In this document: positions 42,840-59,017 of the stretch, in pieces
How positions within the stretch are numbered: position 1 is the stretch's first letter
Layout: every line of letters begins with the position of its first letter
NCBI GenBank assembly: GCA_964016885.1
Contig: OZ024742.1
Span: forward strand, 34,038,001-34,102,000
Reading direction: 5' to 3'
DNA: 64,000 nt
From: Eledone cirrhosa
Lineage: Eukaryota
The notes under the pieces: model-generated
What the model was told of the DNA's origin: nothing
Databases searched by the model: none
What the model saw: the letters and a program-made list of their open reading frames with translations, nothing else
Program-made: the position numbers and the translations under genes

Positions 42840-45800
42840 TGTTGGTGAAGGTGGTGTTGGTATTGGTGGTGGTGGTAATGGTGGTGTTGGTAATGGTGGT
42901 GGTGGTAATAGTGGTGTTGGTGATGGTGGTGTTGGTAATGGTGGTGTTGGTGAAGGTGGTGTTGGTGAAGGTGGTGGTGGTAATGGCGGTGTTGGTAATG
43001 GTGGTGTTGGTAATGGTGGTGGTGGTGAAGGTGGTGTTGGTAATGGTGGTGTTGGTAATGGTGGTGGTGGTGAAGGTGGTGGTGGTAATGGTGGTGGTGG
43101 TAATGGTGGTGGTGGTAATGGTGGTGTTGGTAATGGTGGTGGTGGTAATGGTGGTGGTGGTGAAGGTGGTGTTGGTAATGGTGGTGGTGGTAATGGCGGT
43201 GTTGGTAATGGTGGTGTTGGTAATGGTGGTGTTGGTGAAGGTGGTGTTGGTAATGGTGGTGTTGGTAATGGTGGTGGTGGTGAAGGTGGTGGTGGTAATG
43301 GTGGTGTTGGTGAAGGTGGTGTTGGTAATGGTGGTGTTGGTGATGGTGGTGGTGGTGAAGGTGGTGGTGGTAATGGTGGTGTTGGTAATGGTGGTGTTGG
43401 TGATGGTGGTGGTGGTGAAGGTGGTGGTGGTAATGGTGGTGGTGGTGATGGTGGTGTCGGTGAAGGTGGTGTTGGTAATGGTGGTGGTGGTGAAGGTGGT
43501 GGTGGTAATGGTGGTGTTGGTAATGGTGGTGGTGGTAATGGTGGTGGTGGTAATGGTGGTGGTGGTGAAGGTGGTGGTGGTAATGGTGGTGTTGGTAATG
43601 GTGGTGGTGGTAATGGTGGTGGTGGTGAAGGTGGTGTTGGTAATGGTGGTGTTGGTAATGGTGGTGGTGGTAATGGTGGTGTTGGTAATGGTGGTGGTGG
43701 TGAAGGTGGTGGTGGTAATGGTGGTGTTGGTAATGGTGGTGGTGGTAATGGTGGTGTTGGTGATGGTGGTGTTTGTGAAGGTGGTGGTGGTAATGGTGGT
43801 GGTGGTAATGGTGGTGTTGGTAATGGTAGTGTTGGTAATGGTGGTGGTGGTAATGGTGGTGTTGGTGATGGTGGTGGTGGTAATGGTGGTGTTGGTAATG
43901 GTGGTGTTGGTAATGGTGGTGGTGGTAATGGTGGTGTTGGTAATGGTGGTGGTGGTAATGGTGGTGTTGGTAATGGTGGTGTTGGTGATGGTGGTGTTGG
44001 TAATGGTGGTGTTGGTAATGGTGGTGGTGGTGAAGGTGGTGGTGGTAATGGTGGTGTTGGTAATGGTGGTGGTGGTAATGGTGGTGTTGGTAATGGTGGT
44101 GGTGGTAATGGTGGTGTTGGTGAAGGTGTTGGTGGTAATGGTGGTGGTGGTAATGGTGGTGGTGGTGAAGGTGGTGGTGGTAATGGTGGTGGTGGTAATG
44201 GTGGTGTTGGTGATGGTGGTGTTGGTAATGGTGGTGGTGGTAATGGTGGTGGTGGTAATGGTGGTGTTGGTGAAGGTGTTGGTGGTAATGGTGGTGTTGG
44301 TAATGGTGGTGGTGGTGAAGGTGGTGGTGGTAATGGTGGTGTTGGTAATGGTGGTGGTGGTAATGGTGGTGTTGGTAATGGTGGTGGTGGTAATGGTGGT
44401 GTTGGTGAAGGTGTTGGTGGTAATGGTGGTGGTGGTAATGGTGGTGGTGGTGAAGGTGGTGGTGGTAATGGTGGTGGTGGTAATGGTGGTGTTGGTGATG
44501 GTGGGGGTGGTAATGGTGGTGTTGGTAATGGTGGTGGTGGTAATGGTGGTGTTGGTGAAGGTGTTGGTGGTAATGGTGGTGGTGGTAATGGTGGTGGTGG
44601 TGAAGGTGGTGGTGGCAATGGTGGTGGTGGTAATGGTGGTGTTGGTGATGGTGGGGGTGGTAATGGTGGTGTTGGTAATGGTGGTGGTGGTAATGGTGGT
44701 GTTGGTGATGGTGGTGTTGGTAATGGTGGTGTTGGTAATGGTGGTGGTGGTAATGGTGGTGTTGGTAATGGTGGTGTTGGTAATGGTGGTGGTGGTAATG
44801 GTGGGGGTGGTAATGGTGGTGTTGGTAATGGTGGTGGTGGTAATGGTGGTGTTGGTAATGGTGGTGGTGGTAATGGTGGTGTTGGTGAAGGTGTTGGTGG
44901 TAATGGTGGTGGTGGTAATGGTGGTGGTGGTGAAGGTGGTGGTGGTAATGGTGGTGGTGGTAATGGTGGTGTTGGTAATGGTGGTGTTGGTAATGGTGGT
45001 GTTGGTGATGGTGGTGGTGGTAATGGTGGTGGTGGTAATGGTGGTGTTGGTGATGGTGGTGGAGGTAATGGTGGTGGTGGTAATGGTGGTGGTGGTAATG
45101 GTGGTGTTGGTGATGGTGGTGGTGGTAATGGTGGTGGTGGTAATGGTGGTGGTGGTAATGGTGGTGGTGGTAATGGTGGTGTTGGTAATGGTGGTGGTGG
45201 TAATGGTGGTGGTGGTAATGGTGGTGTTGGTAATGGTGGTGTTGGTGATGGTGGTGGTGGTAATGGCGGTGGTGGTAATGGTGGTGTTGGTGATGGTGGT
45301 GGTGGTAATGGTGGTGGTGGTAATGGTGGTGGTGGTAATGGTGGTGGTGGTAATGGTGGTGGTGGTAATGGTGGTGGTGGTAATGGTGGTGTTGGTAATG
45401 GTGGTGTTGGTGATGGTGGTGGTGGTAATGGTGGTGGTGGTAATGGTGGTGTTGGTGATGGTGGTGGAGGTAATGGTGGTGGTGGTAATGGTGGTGGTGG
45501 TAATGGTGGTGTTGGTGATGGTGGTGGTGGTAATGGTGGTGGTGGTAATGGTGGTGGTGGTAATGGTGGTGGTGGTAATGGTGGTGTTGGTAATGGTGGT
45601 GGTGGTAATGGTGGTGGTGGTAATGGTGGTGTTGGTAATGGTGGTGTTGGTGATGGTGGTGGTGGTAATGGCGGTGGTGGTAATGGTGGTGTTGGTGATG
45701 GTGGTGGTGGTAATGGTGGTGGTGGTAATGGTGGTGGTGGTAATGGTGGTGGTGGTAATGGTGGTGGTGGTAATGGTGGTGGTGGTAATGGTGGTGTTGG

Positions 45801-46085
45801 TAATGGTGGTGGTGGTGAAGGTGGTGGTGGCAATGGTGGTGGTGGTAATGGTGGTGTTGGTGATGGTGGGGGTGGTAATGGTGGTGGTGGTGATGGTGGT
45901 GGTGGTAATGGTGGTGGTGGTAATGGTGGTGGTGGTAATGGTGGTGGTGGTAATGGTGGTGGTGGTGAAGGTGGTGGTGGTAATGGTGGTGTTGGTAATG
46001 GTGGTGGTGGTAATGGTGGTGTTGGTGATGGTGGTGTTGGTAATGGTGGTGGTGGTGATGGTGGTGGTGGTAATGGTGGTGGTGT
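42840..46085. repeat. 3.3-kb minisatellite, 15-bp unit GGTGGTGKTGGTRAW
   Basis: More than 200 in-register units with a few recurring variants. Confidence 0.97.
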
Positions 46086-46249
46086 TTCAGGATATTCTGT
46101 TCTATATTAATGTGTATTTATGTAATATACATTAATGCGCTTCATGCTTGTTTGTTCTCACATTTAAATTATTGTGTTTCTGTTTGCTAACGCCTTGTCA
46201 CGTGTCTTGCTCTTTATAGTGTTCATTTTTATTCAAACACCATGCTTAA

Positions 46250-46420
46250 CAGCATAGAGTTACGGCCCTTTGCGTTCTGAGTTCAAATCACGCCGATGTT
46301 AGCTTTGCCTTTCATCCTTACGGGGTCGATAAAATAAAGCACCAATAATGTACTGGGGTCGATTTAATCGACTTTCCTCTCGTCCAAATTACTGGCCTTG
46401 TGCCTAATGTAGAAACAATT
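46250..46420 (+). mobile_element. SINE, same family as 4997
   Basis: Core sequence plus (ATT)n tail. Confidence 0.8.
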
Positions 46421-47794
46421 ATTATTATTATTATTGTTTTCTTTTGTTGTTATATATGATCCGGTTTTTAACAGATCCATGCTAGTTTTTACTGCATCTT
46501 AAGGTGTACCTCCATGTTCCCGAGATATGTGTAGCATTGTCTTTTGTGAATGGAGTATAGCGTTTGCCATCCAGATCTGTTTTGTTTTGGTGTGAGTTTG
46601 TTTGTTTTAGTTTTTGCTTCTTAAGTTTGTCGCTTATTTGTTGCATAAAATATATGCAAAGAGATTCGTGTTGTTTTGCTGAGTGTTGACTGTGTAGATC
46701 ATATACCGTGAGAATTGTGTCATGTATTTTACTTCCCTCTGGTGATTGTGAAACTGTGTAGATTATCTTATATTATCATTGCATTGCACATGCCTCTTCA
46801 TTTACAGTTTAGTTAGAAGAATGGGGAGGTGGGATTAACCTGAAATTAACCTGAAATAGATCTGGTTCGAAGGCTTGCATCAGAGAGAATTTCGTTAAAG
46901 GCAGTCAAAGACCACATGGTGGTACCAAACTGATGAATGTATGACGGCGATCAACTTAGAACTCTGAACCCAAAAAGACAACAGAAGAAACAAACCCCTC
47001 TCCCATTGTTCTGATAATTTCACCAATTCACTCCCCTTGGATAGTTCCTTTATTTAATCGACCCCAAATGAATGAAAGATAAAGTTGATCTTGGTGGAGA
47101 ATTGAACTCAATCAGTTGAAACAAATACTCTCAAATACGCTCAAATGACTCTGCCACTTCACCAAGATTATGTGTTCCGTGAGTTATTTCTCGTATGTGT
47201 GATGTTATAGTGTCGGGTGTCGATCAACAAGTAATGAATTGTGGAATTTGATTGTGTGAAGTAAGTGCTGTGAGAATTGTCGTATATTATTTGGTGATGA
47301 TTCGGTAGATTATGTATCATATGAATTGCGTTATTTTATTAGGTGTTGATTGTATGAAGCAATGTTTCTCAAAGGTCGTTGTAGCGAACTAGTGATTGCG
47401 TTATAAAAAATTCGAGAATATGTAGTAATGAACAATGTTTTATACTAAAGATTAAAACAAATGATGGAAAAACACTACTTCATTGGGGTAAGGACTTTTA
47501 CAAGATTGAATGAGGCCGTTTGAGAAAGGGTTATTGAGATCCACGTGATACGTGTATTGAGCAGAATGAGTACTGTGTGAATTGTGTTGTTAAGTTGAAA
47601 GTGACTTCCATAGGTTATGGTTGATTGCTTAGCAGGGTGAATTTTTTAAAGACTGTATAGAATGTTGAGCTCTAATATAATAGTTGCATGCCCTTTGTTG
47701 AAGTTCCTGTTCATTGTATGTAATGCTTTGATTAATATTCGTACTGTTTATTGCTGTTGTTGTCATCATCGTTGTTGTTATTGTTGATTTTGTT

Positions 47795-47945
47795 AAGGGC
47801 AGTGTGTTCAGATCCTGGCGCGGTCAAATTTGTCACTCATTCTTATGAGATCGATAAAATAAATACCTGTCAAGCACTATGGTCGATTTAATCGACTTTC
47901 TCCTACTCTAAAATTGCTAGCCTTGTGCATATAATTTTAAACAAT
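47795..47945 (+). mobile_element. SINE, same family as 4997
   Basis: Core sequence, diverged. Confidence 0.65.
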
Positions 47946-49448
47946 TGCTATTATTTTTATTATGCTTCTCATTAATATTTTTGTTCAATCTTTGTTATTT
48001 TATTTCTAATCTTCCATATTATTCCTACATTTATTGTGTATACTAATGCGTGTGAATGTATGTTCTACTGTGTATGTGACAATCGTTGAATACGTGTTTG
48101 TTAACGTGTATATGTGACAACGCTTGAATATGTGCTTCTAACATTGTAAGGTCGTGTGTATGTATTTAAGTGCCTGTTTACTAATGGCGCGGCACCCAAG
48201 GTAACAGAAGAGAAGAATCGATAATCTATTATTGAAGCAAGCGGCCCTGAAGATGGCGATGAATAAACTGTAAGTGGCCTAGCAACGAGAAGTGATAGCT
48301 TCTGGAGAAGGGAAAGATGGATGTAGTGGTGCCAGTGGTGTTAATGCTGTTGGCTGCTTGTTGTTGTTACTATTGGTGGTGGTGGTAGCGGCGGTGCTAC
48401 TGTTGGTTGTTTCCAGAGGGGGAGATCGGCATCGTCGTCGTGGTCTTGGTACTGGTGGCGCTGGTGGTGTTGTGTATCTTAAGTAATTGTAGAAGATGTG
48501 ATAGTTGTAGTGCCAGTTATTTTAGTAATAAGTGGTGTTGTAGCTTTATGCTTCTCCTTGTTATTGCTCTAGTTGTTGTTGTTGTTGTTGTTATGTGGTG
48601 GTGATTTTGGTTCAGATAGTGGTGGTAACGGTAGTGGATATAATAAGTTTGGTGGAGAGAATGATGCTTGATCATCTTCTGAAGCAAATCTAACAACTCT
48701 ACAGTGTTCTTTTGAGTATCGAAAGTCGAAAGAGTGTCATAAGTGCACTTCAGACCGACAAAAGAGAGTAGTTGTGAGAATATTGAAGCCAAACATATTA
48801 GTGATACTATCAAACTTTCAGCGAATGATCAATTAATTGTTCCCCCGCAGATAAACTATACAATGAAAAAAAGCGTCAATTTCAGGGATAAGGAAATTTC
48901 TTTCGATGCACAGTAAGGAGAAAAGATTACGGAATTTAGCCATTTTACTCTCTTTTTTCTATCAACGCTAGAAGCCTTATCATTAAAATTGCTAATATTG
49001 CTTTTTATTTGTAATTTACATAATTTCAATTTATTTGTAAAAAAAAAGAAGTTTTCAATTTGTGAAAAGGGGAGATAACATTTCGGGTGTTATAGCATGT
49101 TGGGGAAAAATCATTTTGGGCGTGGAGATACATAATCTATTTCAAAATTCTTTTAAATATACTTCTTAACACAGTAGTAAACACAGAACGTGCACATTAG
49201 GTTTACTTTCACATAAGTATCTGAACAGTCAGTTTTTAACGCATTGTCATGGCGGAAAGTGCAGCACCTATGACGCTGTATTCCTTACAAGATTGATTAG
49301 TAGAAGAGGTGGAGATGTCAGTTATCCTGAAACCGAAGTATTAGCATGAATGCTTTCCACAGAATAGATTAAAAAAGTATTTAAAGACTTAGTAGTGGTG
49401 TTAAGCTGAATGGCAGATTAAGTCTATCATCCGAGAAACTCAGAATGC

Positions 49449-49522
<74 letters not shown>

Positions 49523-49670
49523 AATAAAGAGAGATAAACATAGATATATACATACATATATGCGTTCAAATCGTAAGGGACCTAAATTAAATTAAATTAT
49601 ATAACAAGGCTCTGAAATTTTTTTTTCTTGACTTATTTTAATTGTAAGGGACTATTGAGAGTTTCTAACT

Positions 49671-49715
<45 letters not shown>

Positions 49716-49722
<7 letters not shown>

Positions 49723-50973
49723 AGATCAAAAGATGGTTAAAGGAGTTCCATATATTTTATTATGCGCATTTCAAAAACAAACATCATCATGCAATAATAT
49801 TTGTGTTTTCATCAGATAAAACAGGAGAACATGATATGTGGATAGTGCAGTTTTAAATCAACATATGAAAAGTGGTTTTAGATTGATGTGTGATATTGGG
49901 AAAAATATTTTATTTAGAGAGGGGGGGGGGGAAGGATGAAAAGGGAAGGAGATGAGAGGGAGAGATGGGTGATAGAGAGAAAGAGATAGTTTTTATAACT
50001 GAGAGGAGATATATTTTTTACATAGAGAGGTTGAAAACCGTTGGAAGATACTGTATAAATTAAAAATTTTGAAAATTAACGAAGGGAGGATATGTGCGAG
50101 GAAAAAATATTTTATTTAGGGGGGGGGGGAGGATGAAAAAAAAGGGGGAGGAGATGAGAGTGAAGGTGGAGAGGGAGAGATGGGTGATAGAGAGAAAGAG
50201 ATAGTTTTATAACTGAGAAAAAGATATATTGTTTTAATATAGAGAGGTTGGGAACCGTTGGAAGATAATGTATAAATTAAAGGAATTTGAAAATTAACGA
50301 AGGGAAATTATGTATGAAGATAGAGAGAAAAAAATAATAATTGTGGGTGAATATTCTAACGTCAAAAAAGGAATGTATGTATTGTGGCAATTTCAAAATT
50401 AACGAAGAGAAAAATTATTAAGGTTTGTGTGTAGAAGGATTTGAGAAAAATAATGTGAAGTTAAAGTTTGTATATTGATTGAATTGATAATATATGCGAA
50501 TAAAGAGTTAATATGTATTAATAATGAGTTCGTTGATGGGGAGAAAAAAATAATAATAAATTAAGGATGAAATTGAGATTAAAAAGATTTATGATAGAGA
50601 GAAAAAATAATAATGATTGCGGATGAATATTCTAACGTCAAAACAAATGTTATGATTTTACAAGGAGAAGATAGAATGAGGGTAATGAGTAAACAAGTAT
50701 TATAGAGTGTATAATGCCCTTTAAAGTAAGGTAGATGGGTATATTTTAAAGAGGTGTATGTATATGTGCCTTTGAGAAAAGATTCTAAATTGATAAAGAA
50801 TTGAATATTAACTGTATACTTTGTGAAAAGTTCTATGGAATTTATGCAGGCAGATAGAAAACAAATCTGTGCGTCTATTTATTATAGAATCTAGGTTAGA
50901 GATAATGGTAAATTTTTCATTTAGGCAGAGATTACAGATTTTAGATAGAGAGCTGTTCAAGTATGAGGATGCA

Positions 50974-50975
<2 letters not shown>
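49716..50975 (-). mobile_element. PLE family 3, 5'-truncated copy (hammerhead at 49755-49821)
   Basis: Highly similar to 59012-60312; encodes ICNLCLNE...IINRRTD..ICLH on the minus strand; flanked by (TA)n. Confidence 0.88.
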
Positions 50976-51035
<60 letters not shown>

Positions 51036-51138
51036 ATTTTGACGTTATAGTCACTTATATATTATGAAATACTGTTGGATTCTTGCTCACATTAATTTCT
51101 CTATCTTCATTTATATATACATATATATATATATATAT

Positions 51139-51338
51139 ATTGGTAAACGGAATAGAAAATGCTGACAAATTGTTCACAGTTGAAAAATGGTTTAATTAGG
51201 AATAAAAGAGTATTAGTGATTGTATGGGTTAGTATTCAGTTGTGGTTTTAAGTTTTTAAGTTTTTACCGGTTGCGCATTTCTAAATGCTTTTCAAAAATA
51301 ATTTTGAGATAGAGTGTCCGTGCTGTTTGCTCTGATCT
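51139..51338. mobile_element. 200-bp terminal fragment of the 11817-13881 element
   Basis: Essentially identical to 11844-12044, inside (TA)n. Confidence 0.85.
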
Positions 51339-51345
51339 CTATATA

Positions 51346-51385
<40 letters not shown>

Positions 51386-51409
51386 TACATACATACATAC
51401 ATACATACA

Positions 51410-51512
<103 letters not shown>

Positions 51513-53141
51513 GGGTGGGGGTGGATGTAAATAAAACAAGAATACTGTAAAAAATTATGCTGAGAATATCGAAAGGGTTTTTTTTTAATTTATTAATTTT
51601 ATTGATTAGGTCTGTGGTCTTCGAAAGTCTCTCGATATTAAGGTTAATATTTCTCTTGAAATATTACTATCTGATGACTGTAGGAAAAATGGCCAACGAG
51701 ATAATTCGAGAGAGTTGATTCCAGAGGATGGAAAGACGATGTATTGATAAATAGGAGAGACCCGTGAATCTGGAATATTTAAGTGGGGGTGGTACGTGAT
51801 AAGCCAACCTTTATGAGCAGAGGCCACTGAAGGCAAAAAAGGAAAAATGTTGTGTCAATACATTTGTGGGTCGTAGATTCGAATGTGTATGAATGATACT
51901 TGACTTACACGTTACATACATAGCTACATAAATTGTACCAGTCACCAAGAGACAGCAGATACTAGTTAATGTAATGTTTCCCTGTTCTGTAGAAATATAG
52001 GAAACAATTATTTCCTTAGCTGTAGTATAACCATGACAACACAGACCGACAGGACTCTTGGCAACAATCAATGAAACACTGAATGTTAAATCTAACAACG
52101 GTCAAAAGGTGAAAGTAGATGATACGACACAGAAACAATACGACAGAACCCTGTTAGCTCTTCTCTAGGACACTATTGACAATTAATGTAAAGCATTTTC
52201 CAAAGCTCATCTTGTACTGATCTAGTAAACATGTTTAGAATGAGAAGAAAGAGAAATTTGAAACAATACATATTAACATTGTCGAAATGATGAATGTTAT
52301 ATGTAGAGTGATGAATGAGCAATGGATGATTCAAACTAATGTCAATGATATAAAACGTACAGGGAAATTTGAACCCAACCAAATGTTATGAATGTGGAAA
52401 CATTTATATATCTGAGAAGACAGATTCGGCAAGGGATAGGATAGTAATTTGATTGCTTAGAGGTCATGAGTTCTAAACCGCTATTGATTTTCCATTGCCT
52501 TTTTAGGTGCGCATAACTTGTTACTATATACATTGTCAGTGGCCACATAGTGGCTCGGAACATTTATCCATCTAACTGCGTAAGTTACCTACGGTGGACA
52601 AGAATTCTATCGAGTGCAGAATTATCAACCCAGCCGCGGCTCTGCATTGAAACGTGACATCTCTTCTCGTTTCATTTACATTTTCGTTAACAGGAAGTGT
52701 GAATATCAGAAATGACATAAAGCAGAATTTCGCTACAAACAAAGGACTATAGCAATAAATTGTCTAGTCCGAAAACAGAAGCGATGATTATATATCATAC
52801 AACATGTATGGCTGCCCTTTGATCATGAAGGTTTTCGCTAAAAGTAGATTTAAATTAAAAAGAAAATTAGAAATGTAATGAAATATTAAACTAATTTTAG
52901 AATTTAATTAATCAAAGCCGTACAATTCCCCTTTTACCAGAATGTTTATATGTTCAGAGTTAAGACAATAGGTAGTAGATATAATCTATCACAATGTTTA
53001 GCCGGAGAAATGTCAGACATTACTATCTACTAGAATGAATTGGAGAATGTCTTCCCCTTCCCTGAGTTTTGAATTAAAATCCAAACTATGCTTCTCATCC
53101 ATTCGGATTTGCTAAACTAACCGTGAAATAATTGTGGTCGA

Positions 53142-53249
<108 letters not shown>

Positions 53250-53255
53250 CCTCTC

Positions 53256-53324
<69 letters not shown>

Positions 53325-53362
53325 TGAGAGTGAGAGACAGAAATGTTATAGTCACTCTGCAG

Positions 53363-53432
<70 letters not shown>

Positions 53433-53452
53433 AATTGTTTAGTCTCTCAGCA

Positions 53453-53502
<50 letters not shown>

Positions 53503-53504
<2 letters not shown>

Positions 53505-53629
53505 GATGATTTCTAAAGAATGAAACTGTTCTAGTCCTGTAGAATCTCATCTATATTAAAACTTTTATACTCTGCAATGTATTGAGTACCTTACTTACTG
53601 TGGTTACCTCCGATTCAACCCGGAATAAC

Positions 53630-53630
<1 letters not shown>
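53503..53630 (+). mobile_element. Mini element family B, beginning exactly at a hammerhead core
   Basis: CTGATGA tttctaaagaat GAAAC t GTT ctag, then a tail shared with 13945-14010. Confidence 0.75.
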
Positions 53631-53684
<54 letters not shown>

Positions 53685-54006
53685 AAAAACATGGTAAAAA
53701 TATAGAATGTGTCAGTGCACTTAGTCCGTAGGAAGAGTTATGAGGTAGAATTAAATTAAATTACTTCAACGATTGCATAACTCTAATGAAAAGCATGTAT
53801 TCGCGGTATGCAATCGTTGTAGTGATTTAATGTATGTATATATATATATGTATGTATGTATGTATACATATATATATAATATATATATATATATGTATAC
53901 ATACATATATATATATATATATACACATATTTTCCTATATATATATACATATATATATAACATATATATATCTATGTATATATATCTATACATATATATC
54001 TATATA

Positions 54007-54073
<67 letters not shown>

Positions 54074-54074
54074 G

Positions 54075-54154
<80 letters not shown>

Positions 54155-54156
<2 letters not shown>

Positions 54157-54347
54157 GGAAAATGTTTGACCTCGACGGCAGAGCTCAAGCCGTTTCGACG
54201 GCTATTTCTGGACAGATATATAGCAGTTGAAACGGTTTGAGCTCTGCCGCCAGGGTCAAACATTTTCCTATTACCCACTCTACTACCCTAAGTATTGAGT
54301 ACTCTGGTGCGTTATGGTCTATCTGGTTCCTTATCACACTCCTTCGT

Positions 54348-54349
<2 letters not shown>
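54155..54349 (+). mobile_element. Family A fold-back element, copy 4
   Basis: Same structure as 7221-7413. Confidence 0.88.
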
Positions 54350-54437
<88 letters not shown>

Positions 54438-54457
54438 TTATATATATATATATATAT

Positions 54458-55193
<736 letters not shown>

Positions 55194-55537
55194 TTTGAAA
55201 TGTGTGAGTTCGAATGCAAATGGCCTTAATAACTATGATAGTCGATGGCTGTAAATCATTTTTGAGAAAATCGGGTAAATTACATCCATGGGCGGAAATG
55301 ATATATATACACACAGCACGTTTCTAACACTCATGCAAAGAAGGCATATTCATAATTGTATCACTATAATTAAATGACAATGTTTAATTCGCTTATATTT
55401 ATAGACGAACGCATTTCTGTGTAACTGTGGTATGAGTAAACATCTATATCGATAAATATATATCATGTTAGATACATAATAGATACTTAGATAAGTATCT
55501 AGAAACATACTCTAAACACATATACATACAAACAAAA

Positions 55538-55586
<49 letters not shown>

Positions 55587-55827
55587 GTTATGTAATAAAC
55601 AACATAAGGCAATTATTCCATTTACCAGTGGTTTCTTAAAAGCAAAAAATGTTGCTTTCAATCATCAGAATGAAAAAATCCTGGTCTGTTTATTGAATTT
55701 GGATTTTAAAAACAAAAATGCAATCTATATGAAAGTAAGGCTGGAGAAAGAAGAAGGAAAGGAAAAATAAAATAAAAACACACATGCAAACACACACACA
55801 CACACATACACACACAAATGCATACAT

Positions 55828-55876
<49 letters not shown>

Positions 55877-55972
55877 CACTCATACATACACACACAGATA
55901 TACACATATATATGTGTATATAAATACACACATACACATATATACACACATATATACACACATATATATATA

Positions 55973-56018
<46 letters not shown>

Positions 56019-56310
56019 CTATAAAGTATGTTCATAAAATCATTTGATAATATATATACACAATTTCCTCTCCCAATTAGCATAATTAACCACACACAAA
56101 TCAATTAGACCAGGCTATAAGATTAAAAGGCACCTATGAAGAAATAGTAGATAAATAAACGACAGAAATCTCTTCGTGGCCAACCGCCATAGAATTTTTA
56201 CCCAATATTTCAACAGCACGTGGAAATCGATTACATATACCGTCAACCATACACAATTAGGTATAAAATTAAAGTTAGAAGAAATGATTATACACATACC
56301 AGGATTATGC

Positions 56311-56385
56311 TGCTACCCTCGGGTTTCGTCGCATTTTGTTATATCCTATTAAGGATAAAATCTCGAGCTTCGAACTCATCAGGAA
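56311..56385 (-). ncRNA. Hammerhead motif lacking the 5' strand of stem I
   Basis: CTGATGA gttcg...gcgac GAAAC ccgagg GTA gca. Confidence 0.6.
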
Positions 56386-56471
56386 ACAAACTCGTTAGGA
56401 CAGATTATTTTCTAAAGTGGTCCCCGCCAGACACGAATTCAAAATGGGTAAAAATTGTCAAGTCAGAAAGA

Positions 56472-56826
<355 letters not shown>

Positions 56827-56838
56827 ATATAAATATAC

Positions 56839-57679
<841 letters not shown>

Positions 57680-57996
57680 ATCTAAATGTTTCTTCTCTCT
57701 TCATAATGTATTTTTAACTCTGATACTGGTTCAGTCTAATTCAACCGGATTGGTCTGTCCCGGTCATTCATTGAGCAACATCGGTGAGGTTGGCACCATT
57801 AACTCACGGTTGGGTGTGGATGCATTCATGTATATGTGTGTGTCCGCATGTATCGGTGTGTTTCTAAATATATTGTTATATATATATATATGTATATCTT
57901 CCTGCTATATCAAGCGTTAACCTAATATATCCCTTCCATATACTGTACCGATTGTGTTGTTATTTCTGTTTACCTTTCACATACATATATATATGT

Positions 57997-58086
<90 letters not shown>

Positions 58087-58089
<3 letters not shown>

Positions 58090-58276
58090 AACAAGTAAGA
58101 CCCCGACGGCTGAGCTCAAGCCGTTTCGACGGCTAATTCCGTACAGAATTAGCCGTCGAAACGGCTTGAGCTCAGCCGTCGGGGTCTTACTTGTTCCTAT
58201 TACCCACTCTACTACCCTAAGTATTGAGTACTTTGGTGCGTTATGGTCCACCTGGTTCCTTACCACATTTCCCTCG

Positions 58277-58279
<3 letters not shown>
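58087..58279 (+). mobile_element. Family A fold-back element, copy 6
   Basis: Same structure as 7221-7413. Confidence 0.9.
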
Positions 58280-58369
<90 letters not shown>

Positions 58370-58429
58370 AATAGACATAGATAAAGAGATAGAGAAAGAC
58401 ATAAGAAGGAGGCATATATAGATGTATAA

Positions 58430-58563
<134 letters not shown>

Positions 58564-58624
58564 TTATATATGAACAAACAAACACACACACACACAAAAT
58601 ATACATACATACATACACACACAA

Positions 58625-58656
<32 letters not shown>

Positions 58657-58975
58657 CTGCGTGTGCGTATGTGCGTGCGTGTGTGTGTTTGTGTATATTC
58701 ATGCCACCAAATCGATGCAGTAATTTACTGATGTTTGCCATGCGATTTCTCTGGAATAGAAAATTAGGTTATGGGTTATTGTTGACGTTGATCTATAAGC
58801 AAATAAGCAAAAATCGTTTTCTATTTAGCGATATCAGCACGTGTTTATTTTCATGTTGCTTAAACGTAGAGCGAGACTGGCGAGATCTCGCGCCTGACAA
58901 ATATCGAATCAATGTGTACGTTCTCCTGTACAAATCTGTGTGCACTTTATGTAATGTGTATATGTGTATCTAAGG

Positions 58976-59011
<36 letters not shown>

Positions 59012-59017
<6 letters not shown>

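Noticed and set aside
42603-46135. 1076-aa poly-Pro and 1152-aa poly-Val ORFs
   Set aside because: Alternative frames of a stop-free 15-bp minisatellite.
48243-48280. ggccCTGAAGA...ggcc hammerhead-like remnant
   Set aside because: No proper GAAA box or stem II/III; too degenerate to call.
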